From NCBI GenBank assembly GCA_040752695.1, contig JBFMGO010000034.1, forward strand, positions 1 to 50,564: DNA of 50,564 nucleotides, given 5' to 3'. How positions within the stretch are numbered: the stretch's first letter is position 1; each line of letters opens with the position of its first letter. Under the pieces are notes generated by a model, which did not search any database, was not told where the DNA came from, and saw nothing but the letters and a program-made list of their open reading frames with translations. A program made the translations under genes and the position numbers. Shown in pieces: positions 9,320 through 17,642 of this stretch. This DNA comes from a bacterium. Its GTDB lineage: Bacteria; SZUA-182; DTGQ01.

Positions 9320-10309
9320 TTATTCGAGCCGGCTGACGGGCGAAAGTTCCGAAAAATCCAGGAGCGCCCCCATAGCCAGGTTATTGGTTTTGACATTATT
9401 CTCTTCACAGGCTGCGAGCGGGTTTAAGCCTCCGACAACGATCATGGCCGCTTTCCCTTCTGGGACAGGGATGTCGAGCAGGGCCTGGCCGGGTTTACCA
9501 ATCAGCAGGATTCCTCCAAGGCCGACTCTGGCGAGTTTTTTTCTGATTCTTTCCGCTTCCGGGATGGCCACAGCGGGTATCTCGCGAAAGCTGGCGCCGA
9601 TGATACCGCTCCCTTGATGTGCAGCCTGAACGACACTGGTCATACCTCCTTTGATAAATATTTCCAGGGGATCGAGCGTGGAGCCACTGTAATAAATAAT
9701 CTCGGTAAACCTGACCGGCTGGCCGTTTCTCATTTCGAGCAGTCCGCCGAATCTGGAAAAAACAGGAATCCCAGAGCTGAGAAATATTCCATTGATGGTA
9801 ACGCTGCATACCGTACCGATGGCTATTTCCCCTTGTGGCACATAAAAGTTTCCCAACTGACTGCCTGATTCTTTTATAACTGCAAAATGGCCCATAGCAA
9901 GACCTTTCTCAAAGACAGGGATCATGTGCTTCAGGGCTTTCGGGAAATCCTGCGAATGAATGGTCGAAATATTCAGCACAATGGTCCCATTGAGCCTGGA
10001 GAGAGAAAATTTCATCCTGTAGGATAGCTCGTCGATCTTGGAACCCATAAGGCCGATTTTACTCATCACAAAAGCGCTGTTCAACTCTTTTCTTCCCTCA
10101 GGCGTAATCATGCGGCCGCGTTTATTTCCAAGATTTCTGGTAAATCCGGCCTTATCGGTGAGTGCAAGATAGTATCTCACCGCCCTGGGGCTGAGGTTGA
10201 TCCCGTACAATTGAATTTGTCTGGCAATTCTGGTCCCGCCAAGAGGTTTTGGAGCCTCCCGTAATACTCGCAGGATGGCGACGATGTTTTTATCAGTTTT
10301 TATTTCCAA
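9320..10309 (-). CDS. nrpR: NrpR-family nitrogen repressor (wHTH plus one NRD/DUF128 domain)
   Basis: N-terminal wHTH (LSPRAVRYYL...GRMITPEGRKEL); NRD motifs TVCSVTING, FGGLLE, YSGSTLDPLEIF, GGLNP. Divergent from the GS/GOGAT genes. Confidence 0.85.
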   Translation of the reverse strand: MEIKTDKNIVAILRVLREAPKPLGGTRIARQIQLYGINLSPRAVRYYLALTDKAGFTRNLGNKRGRMITPEGRKELNSAFVMSKIGLMGSKIDELSYRMKFSLSRLNGTIVLNISTIHSQDFPKALKHMIPVFEKGLAMGHFAVIKESGSQLGNFYVPQGEIAIGTVCSVTINGIFLSSGIPVFSRFGGLLEMRNGQPVRFTEIIYYSGSTLDPLEIFIKGGMTSVVQAAHQGSGIIGASFREIPAVAIPEAERIRKKLARVGLGGILLIGKPGQALLDIPVPEGKAAMIVVGGLNPLAACEENNVKTNNLAMGALLDFSELSPVSRLE

Positions 10310-10416
10310 TGACCCTCCTTCGTGGAGATAATAGACTCTTTTCTCGATCCAGTGGAGATTCTCGGCATAGAGAAAGCTATCTTATCATACTATTAAAGAT
10401 TTACAAGGATAAAATC

Positions 10417-10617
10417 CGGCAATATTGCCGAGATTACACGTAAGGCGAATAGTCAACACTGCGTACCTTACATCCTCGCTTTTAACGCAGGTCTGACACG
10501 GTCCCGATCAGGGGCTAAATTAATGCCGAAAAATTAGGCAACAACAGCCGAATTGTGCTTGACATCAACCTTATTTACATGATATTTTCATGCCTAAAAA
10601 GTGGGCATTACCTTGCC
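10417..10617 (+). promoter_or_regulatory. Promoter of glutamate synthase-glnA with palindromic candidate operators
   Basis: TTGACA (10559), N18, TATTTT (10583). TGCC-N9-GGCA at 10524-10540 and 10591-10607; GGCA-N6-TGCC at 10604-10617; perfect palindrome CGGCAATATTGCCG at 10417-10430. Confidence 0.6.
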
Positions 10618-10733
10618 GAACAACGATGGGGTGCAACCATTGGGGGGGAAGAGGATTTTGGTGCACCGTAAGGGAATTCATCTATAACAGCCTTATTCAG
10701 TCTTTTCAATGAGTCTTTTTAAGGAGAGGGAAA

Positions 10734-12341
10734 ATGAACTTACAACAGCCAAACGCAAATGACGCCACAAGAACCTTTAATCGCTCGAAAAGTGTCGTGC
10801 CCGGTTCGGGTTTATGTTCCCGATGCGTCGATGGATGCAGGGGAAATTGCGAAGTGTTCAAAGCTTCTTTCCGCGGTCGGGAAGTAATTTACCCAGGGCC
10901 GTTCGGAGATGTAACGGCTGGTGCTGACAAGAATTATCCGGTTGATTATTCTCATCTGAATATTCAAGGTTATGCCCTGGGTGCTCAGGGACTTCCCGAA
11001 GGAACCGAGGCAGGCCCTGATACAGCCACTTTCCCCATGGTGAATACGGAGACCGAATACGGATGGAAGATCAAGGTGAAGATGAAAGCACCTATCTTTA
11101 CCGGAGCACTCGGTTCTACGGAAATCGCCAGAAAGAACTGGGAACACTTTGCGGTTGGTGCGGCCATTTCCGGTGTTACCCTTGTCTGCGGAGAAAACGT
11201 CTGCGGTATCGACCCCCAGTTGGAACTCGATGCTCACCACAAGATCGCCAAGGCCCCGGATATGGATCGGCGTATAGAGGTTTACAGGAGGTATCATGAG
11301 GGGTTTGGTGAGATTCTGGTTCAGATGAACGTGGAAGATACTCGTTTGGGTGTAGCTGAGTATGTTCAGAAAAAACATAACCTTGAAACCATAGAATTGA
11401 AATGGGGCCAGGGTGCGAAGTGCATTGGCGGAGAAATTAAAGTTAAATCGCTGGAAAGGGCGCTTGAGCTCAAAAGACGTGGATATATCGTCACGCCGGA
11501 CCCCTCCTGCAAGGCCGTTCAGGAATCCTTCAAAGCAGGAGCCATCAGGGAATTCGAGCGTCATTCACGGTTGGGCTTTGTTTCGGAAGAAGGTTTTCTG
11601 GCTGAAGTCGAAAGGCTCAGGAAACTCGGCTTCAAACGAATCACCCTGAAGACCGGTGCCTACTCCATGCGAGAGCTGGCTATGGCTATCAAATATTCAT
11701 CGATGGCCGAAATCGACCTGTTAACCATCGACGGAGCCCCTGGCGGTACCGGTATGAGCCCCTGGCGTATGATGCAGGAGTGGGGAATCCCCACCTTCTA
11801 TCTCCAGGCCCTGACCAATGAATTCTGCGAAAAACTGGCCAAAAAAGGGATGCGTATACCTGATATTGCCATCGCCGGCGGATTTTCCTCCGAAGACCAT
11901 GTCTTTAAAGTCCTGGCCATGGGCGCACCTTACACCAAAGCGGTCTGCATGGGAAGGGCACTCATGATTCCCGGTATGGTAGGGAAGAATATCGCCGAAT
12001 GGATAAAGAATAATGACTTGCCGAAAACCGTATCCGAATTCGGAACCACGCCTGAAGAGATTTATGTCTGCCATGCGGAATTGGCCGAAAAGTATGGGGA
12101 TGAAATGAAGAATATCCCCCTCGGTGCCCTCGGTATCTACAGCTTCTCTCAGAAGATTCGGGTCGGCCTGCAACAGCTCATGGCCGGGAGCAGAAACTTT
12201 AAAATCAGCTCCATTTCCCGAAAGGACGTCATGGCCCTCACCGAAGAGGCCGCTAAGGTCTCCGGTATTCCGTATGTCATGGATGCCTATCGTCTGGAAG
12301 CTGAAGAAGTCCTAGACGCTGCCGAAGAGGTTTTTGCCTAA
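10734..12341 (+). CDS. Stand-alone FMN-binding glutamate synthase family protein (archaeal-type GltB domain 2)
   Basis: IELKWGQGAK, IDGAPGGTGMSP, AIAGGF, MGRA; N-terminal Cys cluster CSRCVDGCRGNC. Confidence 0.88.
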   Translation: MNLQQPNANDATRTFNRSKSVVPGSGLCSRCVDGCRGNCEVFKASFRGREVIYPGPFGDVTAGADKNYPVDYSHLNIQGYALGAQGLPEGTEAGPDTATFPMVNTETEYGWKIKVKMKAPIFTGALGSTEIARKNWEHFAVGAAISGVTLVCGENVCGIDPQLELDAHHKIAKAPDMDRRIEVYRRYHEGFGEILVQMNVEDTRLGVAEYVQKKHNLETIELKWGQGAKCIGGEIKVKSLERALELKRRGYIVTPDPSCKAVQESFKAGAIREFERHSRLGFVSEEGFLAEVERLRKLGFKRITLKTGAYSMRELAMAIKYSSMAEIDLLTIDGAPGGTGMSPWRMMQEWGIPTFYLQALTNEFCEKLAKKGMRIPDIAIAGGFSSEDHVFKVLAMGAPYTKAVCMGRALMIPGMVGKNIAEWIKNNDLPKTVSEFGTTPEEIYVCHAELAEKYGDEMKNIPLGALGIYSFSQKIRVGLQQLMAGSRNFKISSISRKDVMALTEEAAKVSGIPYVMDAYRLEAEEVLDAAEEVFA

Positions 12342-12393
12342 CTCCTTTATTGGATACGGCAGCATTCATCTTTTTTCAGATCTTGTAAGACAA

Positions 12394-12420
12394 AAGGGGC
12401 TCATGAAGCATGAGCCCCTT
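12394..12420 (+). terminator. Hairpin between glutamate synthase and glnA
   Basis: AAGGGGCTCATG-AAG-CATGAGCCCCTT, a 12-bp perfect stem with a weak U-tail. Confidence 0.6.
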
Positions 12421-12481
12421 CTCTCATTATTCCCTTTCTTTTTATAAACATTCCCTAAGTTAAGTAAGGAGTATCGAACAC

Positions 12482-13840
12482 ATGGCAGAGCACAGGTCTT
12501 TACAGAGTCAGGAAATAAACAAAGAGCATATCTTAAAGGCAGCTCTCGATAATAATATCAGATTCATTCATCTTTGGTTCACCGATGTTTTAGGATTTTT
12601 AAAAAGCTTCTCGATCGATATCGATGAACTGGAAAATGCCCTGGAAGGAGGCATGGGTTTTGACGGGTCTTCCATTCAGGGCTATGCACGTATTGATGAA
12701 AGTGACATGATCGCCAGGCCGGACATCAATACCTTCCGGATACTGCCAGCGTCAGAACCGGGCGAGGTTACCGTGGCTCAGATGTTCTGCGATATTTTCG
12801 AGCCTGACGGCACCCCTTATAAAGGCGATCCGAGAGGGGTATTGAAAAGAAGCCTCAAAAGGGCATCCGACCTAGGGTATACATTTTATGTTGGGCCGGA
12901 GCTTGAATACTTTTACTTTCGAGCCAGTGAGGGGAAACCCGAGGTGCTGGACAAAGGAGGATATTTTGACCAGACACCCCTCGATTTAGCCTCTGACCTG
13001 CGCAAGGAGACCGTGTTAGCCCTCGAGAAGATGGGCATAGCCGTAGAGTACTCGCACCATGAAGTGGCGCCGTCGCAGCACGAAATAGACCTGCGGTACA
13101 CAGATGCCCTGGCCATGGCCGATAATGCCATGACCTACCGGCTCATTGTTAAAGAGATCGCCATGAAGCATGGAATTCACGCTACGTTTATGCCCAAACC
13201 CCTGATGGGTCAAAATGGCAGCGGTATGCACGTGCACCAGTCCCTTTTTAAAGGTGACAGGAATATTTTCTTTGATCCCGATGATAAATATCACCTCTCC
13301 CGCGAAGGAAAAGCCTATATTGCCGGTATCCTGAAGCATGTTCCTGAGTTTACCTCCATTATCTGCCAATGGGTCAATTCCTACAAAAGACTGGTTCCGG
13401 GCTATGAGGCTCCTGTTTACATATCCTGGGCAAGGAGAAACAGGTCTACTCTAGTGCGGGTTCCCATGTATAAACCCGGGAAAGAGAAAGCAACACGAAT
13501 CGAGCTTCGCTGTCCTGATCCTGCCTGTAATCCATATCTTGCCTTTGCGGTAATGCTGGCTGCCGGCCTCGATGGTATTGAGAAAGGGTATGAAATTCCT
13601 GAGCCCATTGAAGAGGATATTTTCGAAATGAGTGCCCCTGAACGTCTAAAACGAGGCATCAAATCCCTGCCAGGGGACCTCTATGAAGCCGTATGCCTGA
13701 CTGAGCAAAGTGAGCTGGTAAAAAGGGCACTCGGCGAGCACGTCTTCGAAAAGTTTATTGAAAATAAAAAGATCGAATGGGAACAATACAGGACATGGGT
13801 GACCAATTACGAGATCGATCGATATCTACCGATCCTGTAG
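12482..13840 (+). CDS. glnA: Glutamine synthetase type I (GSI-alpha length)
   Basis: FDGSSI, GPELEY, HHEVAPSQHE, ATFMPKP, NGSGMHVHQSL, NSYKRLVPGYEAP, RIELRCPDPACNPYLAF. Confidence 0.97.
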   Translation: MAEHRSLQSQEINKEHILKAALDNNIRFIHLWFTDVLGFLKSFSIDIDELENALEGGMGFDGSSIQGYARIDESDMIARPDINTFRILPASEPGEVTVAQMFCDIFEPDGTPYKGDPRGVLKRSLKRASDLGYTFYVGPELEYFYFRASEGKPEVLDKGGYFDQTPLDLASDLRKETVLALEKMGIAVEYSHHEVAPSQHEIDLRYTDALAMADNAMTYRLIVKEIAMKHGIHATFMPKPLMGQNGSGMHVHQSLFKGDRNIFFDPDDKYHLSREGKAYIAGILKHVPEFTSIICQWVNSYKRLVPGYEAPVYISWARRNRSTLVRVPMYKPGKEKATRIELRCPDPACNPYLAFAVMLAAGLDGIEKGYEIPEPIEEDIFEMSAPERLKRGIKSLPGDLYEAVCLTEQSELVKRALGEHVFEKFIENKKIEWEQYRTWVTNYEIDRYLPIL

Positions 13841-13913
13841 CCGCAATAAGTATTCAGGTTTTTACGGAATGCCGTTTACGGAATGCCGCTTTTCGTCTTG
13901 GCTCTTGCCCTGC

Positions 13914-15071
13914 CTAGATCAAAGCGCCTCCGCCTCCGACACCTCCCAGCCCTCCGACACCGCCGCCATAAAAGCCCGTGGTGATGAGCCCTGAAATGGT
14001 AGCCGCCGGGGCAAGGGTAGATGTGACTGAACTGTTATAGATATTATACGTCGGATCGGCAACGGCAAGCGGAGAGGCCAGATAGCCGTAAGCCTGAGCC
14101 GGAAAAGGACTGGCATACGGATAAGGGCTGCTGCCGGTGGCAAAAAGGTTGGCAAAGTTATAGCCGCCTACCGAGTAAGGATACCCGGGGTTCGGATCGT
14201 TGAAGTATGACGACAGCCCCCCTAAGGTCAGGAAAGATAACACCGGTTGAGGGCCGTACCCGTAGGGGGGTAATGATGAATACCCAAGCCCGAATAAGGG
14301 CGGAGGTGATGGAATGGGCGGAACATAGAAGGGATAGACAGGGCCTGATGACCAGAATAATGAGCTATTGGAATAAGGCCCTGATCCGGTCCCGAAGGGC
14401 GACTGACTGCCGGTGGCCGGATAAGAGGAAGCAGCGGAGGCGGTGGAGGAAGTCGTCTGGGAAGGGGATGCCGGTCCTGTGACCTGCAGATAATTTCCTT
14501 CCGGCAGGTAATGTAAGGTGAACTGGCCGCTGCTGTCGTGTGAATACCATCCATATTGATTCATGTCTGAGGCAGCAGGGTTATCAAAGCTCATAACCTG
14601 GACGTTTGAAGGGGTCCCCGCATCATTGGAAAAAAGCTCTATATCCGCCAATTGGAAATCTTCGCCCCGGATACCTATTTTTTCGAGGTGGTCATAAACA
14701 TCGCCTCCCTGGGAAAGAATGGCCTTAAGGTCCAGGATTTCAATCTCGTGCCATTCGCCGTCGGTGAAGCTCCTGTTCAAGGGAATCTCTATGAGGTCTG
14801 CCTGATAAGATGCTGAACCGGCTGAGGGAGTAAAATTGATCCACCTGCTCTCACCACCGGCTGTGCCGACGCGCAAGGAGATAATAAATGAATACCGGGA
14901 CTTGAACTGTACCCGAAGATTTTCCTGGGTATACCATTCAACCTCTTTAAAGATGTAAACTGACCTTGAGGAAGACTCTGCCGTCTCTCCGCCGGGAACA
15001 TTGCACACCATTCCTGCCATCGCTACTACCAAAGCCGCAAGCCACCATAACCATATCTTATTCTTATTCAT
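13914..15071 (-). CDS. Secreted protein: globular beta domain plus S/Y/G/P-rich low-complexity tail (paralog A)
   Basis: Signal-like N-terminus (MNKNKIWLWWLAALVVAMAG). Domain motif FTDGEWHEIE shared with 15789-17264 and 43801-46170. Confidence 0.75.
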   Translation of the reverse strand: MNKNKIWLWWLAALVVAMAGMVCNVPGGETAESSSRSVYIFKEVEWYTQENLRVQFKSRYSFIISLRVGTAGGESRWINFTPSAGSASYQADLIEIPLNRSFTDGEWHEIEILDLKAILSQGGDVYDHLEKIGIRGEDFQLADIELFSNDAGTPSNVQVMSFDNPAASDMNQYGWYSHDSSGQFTLHYLPEGNYLQVTGPASPSQTTSSTASAASSYPATGSQSPFGTGSGPYSNSSLFWSSGPVYPFYVPPIPSPPPLFGLGYSSLPPYGYGPQPVLSFLTLGGLSSYFNDPNPGYPYSVGGYNFANLFATGSSPYPYASPFPAQAYGYLASPLAVADPTYNIYNSSVTSTLAPAATISGLITTGFYGGGVGGLGGVGGGGALI

Positions 15072-15217
15072 CCCCTGCCTTTGAGCCTCCAAGATTTCCA
15101 AGATTTCATTGATTGGCTTTAACCCACTGAGCTATTTTTTATACATATATGCGTAATTATGTGTGCGTAAATTAATCTCTACCGATCATAGAATACGTCC
15201 CGCAAAAAAGCCAGCGA

Positions 15218-15592
15218 TCAGTCCCACGAAAGGCAAGCGAGAATCATAGGCAATGGCTTCAGCTCTCGCCGTAAAGGGTCGAGGGACAACCCCAGCGCCT
15301 CAAGCGTAAAGGCGCCGAGAAGTACACTGTCTCCCTCCTCACCGAAAATGACATCTGCCCCGCCGATCCTGTCTTGATAAGTGAAAAGGGCCACTCCTTT
15401 CCTGCGCACAATCTTTGATCCGTCTGCCAGCCGGAACTCCTGCTCTGCCAGAGGCCTGATGCCGAGCCTTTCTAAAATGGGAGTGGGAACTACCGAGTAA
15501 ATAGCTCCTGAATCGATCAAAAATTCGACTTTTTCCCTGATATCGGGATCGCCAGGATTTCCTACCTCAATCTCAAGGACTGTAAGCCCCAT
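15218..15592 (-). CDS. Clan AA (retropepsin-like) aspartyl protease
   Basis: FLIDSGA catalytic motif, LADGS flap, LLGAFTLE. Confidence 0.88.
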   Translation of the reverse strand: MGLTVLEIEVGNPGDPDIREKVEFLIDSGAIYSVVPTPILERLGIRPLAEQEFRLADGSKIVRRKGVALFTYQDRIGGADVIFGEEGDSVLLGAFTLEALGLSLDPLRRELKPLPMILACLSWD

Positions 15593-15614
15593 CGGAATAT
15601 CCCCTCTCTCTCTT

Positions 15615-15656
15615 AAAAAAGTGAGTGAAGGGCGTCACATCACCCTTCACTCACTT
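15615..15656 (-). terminator. Intrinsic terminator after paralog B
   Basis: AAGTGAGTGAAGGG ... CCCTTCACTCACTT stem followed by T6 on the minus strand. Confidence 0.8.
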
Positions 15657-15788
15657 AGTGTACATCTTCCTGCGTCAGTATTCAATCCTGTTTCTTGGAT
15701 CACAATTCGGAGTCGGTCTTTATCACTCTATAACGGCCTTTGGCCCCTTTATCCCTTTTTAGTTCGTCATGCATTCAGCTCTTTAACG

Positions 15789-17264
15789 CTAAATGGTGCT
15801 GGTGGTTGAAGACAAAAGGGTTGACAAGTCTGGCAAAGTAACGGTGGTCGATGCGGGAGCATAGGTCGTCACCGGTATGGTAATATCGGAGAGCCCTGTT
15901 ATTCCGAGGCTTCCGAGGCCCAAGAGGGATGACAGGCTTACCTGGCTGGTAGAAGGTACCAGGGTCGGGATTGATACGGTACTCGTGGGTAAATCAGCCA
16001 GAAGGCCGCTCAAGAGCCCAGTACCGCCCAGGAGTGACCCTCCCAGCAGGGGCGAGATACCAGTCGAGGTCCCAAGGAGGGAAGTAAGGCCGGTTCCTAA
16101 AGGAGATCCCAGAACGCCTCCATAGATGGAATATGGATAGCCGTAGCTGGAGTAGGGAAGACCATATCCTGAAAGGGCAGCGCCTATCCCGTAAAGGGGT
16201 GAAGGATATCCATAGCCGCTCAGGAGCCCGCCATAGCCACCCAGACCGTAAAGACCGCCAAGGCCATAACCGCCCAGACCGTAGAGACCAGCCAGCCCAT
16301 AGCCACCCAGCCCATAACTGCCGAGGCCATAAAGGCCGCCCAGTCCATAAAGGCCGCCCAAACCGTATCCATACCCTAAATAGTCGTAATATCCGAGACC
16401 GCCATAATACCCACCATAATACCCGCCATAATATCCGCCGTAATACGGGCCATAGTAATTATCGTAATATCCACCCCAGGCAGAATAGGGAGAATAATAA
16501 GAGCTGCCCAGGTCCGTAGGACTGTAAACCACGGCTGCATCAGCGGATCGATTGAGGTTGGAGTCATCGGATGCACTTTTTTGCAGCGGTCCCTTAGCCT
16601 GGAGATAGCCGACGAGATTTTCGTCGTATTCGATCGTGAAATACTCCGGGTCTGTCAAATCCCATCCCTGCCAATTCTTTTTGTAGCTCGGAGGGGCAAT
16701 ATCCGGCAGTCCGAAATTATCGCTTCCATATCTATCTTTATCGAGGGGCTGATAGTGCTTTGATCCGTCACTGTCTACATAAAATACATTGACATAGCGG
16801 ACTCCAAAGTCACTGCCGAGTATGCTGATTTTTTCGATATTGATCAGGGTCCAGGGAACATGGCCTTTCGTCAGTGCTTCTTCATCCAGCGTAACCTGCA
16901 CATTCAGTTCAATAGTATTCCATTGCCCATCGGTCGCGCTGTTTCCTACCCCAGCCTCGATCATACCGGTTTCCTCATCGTAATTCGGTGCGCCGCTGTG
17001 CTTTGATGAGTAATTAATCCAGTATTCACCGTCCGATGTATAGACCTGCACACAGATTTTAAATGGTTGCGTCGTCTTTATTTTGAAAGCGATAGAGTCA
17101 TAGACCTTGACAGAGTTGTCTACACTCACGGTCTTTGTCAGGGATATGAGCTCTCTTCCCCCTGTATCTGCAAATGATAAAGAAAAGTAACGAATGGTGC
17201 CACAACCGAAAAAAACAATCCCTGCAACAATAATAAGCAATACTTTCTCCCCTAACCTCATCAT
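15789..17264 (-). CDS. Secreted protein: globular beta domain plus Gly/Tyr/Leu repeat tail (paralog B)
   Basis: Hydrophobic N-terminus, motif ATDGQWNTIE, (YYGG)n and (GLGGLY/GLGGY)n repeats, GAGG RBS. Confidence 0.8.
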   Translation of the reverse strand: MMRLGEKVLLIIVAGIVFFGCGTIRYFSLSFADTGGRELISLTKTVSVDNSVKVYDSIAFKIKTTQPFKICVQVYTSDGEYWINYSSKHSGAPNYDEETGMIEAGVGNSATDGQWNTIELNVQVTLDEEALTKGHVPWTLINIEKISILGSDFGVRYVNVFYVDSDGSKHYQPLDKDRYGSDNFGLPDIAPPSYKKNWQGWDLTDPEYFTIEYDENLVGYLQAKGPLQKSASDDSNLNRSADAAVVYSPTDLGSSYYSPYSAWGGYYDNYYGPYYGGYYGGYYGGYYGGLGYYDYLGYGYGLGGLYGLGGLYGLGSYGLGGYGLAGLYGLGGYGLGGLYGLGGYGGLLSGYGYPSPLYGIGAALSGYGLPYSSYGYPYSIYGGVLGSPLGTGLTSLLGTSTGISPLLGGSLLGGTGLLSGLLADLPTSTVSIPTLVPSTSQVSLSSLLGLGSLGITGLSDITIPVTTYAPASTTVTLPDLSTLLSSTTSTI

Positions 17265-17344
17265 CTCAACCTCTTCTTAAATGTACAACCGTTTACGTTT
17301 ACAGTAATAATTCTCATCAAGCGCGTCTTTATGGTAGACTTTCA

Positions 17345-17360
17345 TGCAATCCCAATGCCA
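17345..17360 (-). promoter_or_regulatory. sigma54 (-24/-12) promoter of paralog B
   Basis: TGGCATTGGGATTGCA, 80 bp upstream of the start codon. Palindromes at 17422-17451 sit at enhancer distance. Confidence 0.7.
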
Positions 17361-17466
17361 GACAAGATGAACAAGAGGAATGATAAGCTATTGATGCTTT
17401 TATTTCCCTCGTCCGGCCAATCATTGTGCACAATGTTGCATACATATGCAAACATATGCTTACCCT

Positions 17467-17556
17467 CAAATACATCAAACACACCAGATACCATAAATAC
17501 ACCAAAGACACCAACGGCACCAAATTCGGCAACGGCACCAAATACATCAAAGGCAC
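17467..17556. repeat. Degenerate 9-bp tandem repeat (~10 units, CAAATACAY-like)
   Basis: CAAATACAT / CAAACACAC / CAAAGACAC / CAACGGCAC series in the intergenic region. Confidence 0.7.
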
Positions 17557-17642
17557 AGAAGATGTCAGCCCTCAGCGGGTCTTTGTCCTTGCTGTGCCTT
17601 TGTGAAACGTTCCTTTGAATGTTCGAGGGCAAAAACGGGTGC

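Noticed and set aside
10625..10670. Glutamine riboswitch in the glutamate synthase leader
   Set aside because: Only a simple GGTGCA...TGCACC hairpin; no glnA-motif consensus recognised.
13861..13888. 14-bp duplication TTTACGGAATGCCG between convergent genes
   Set aside because: Simple slippage duplication with no evidence of function.
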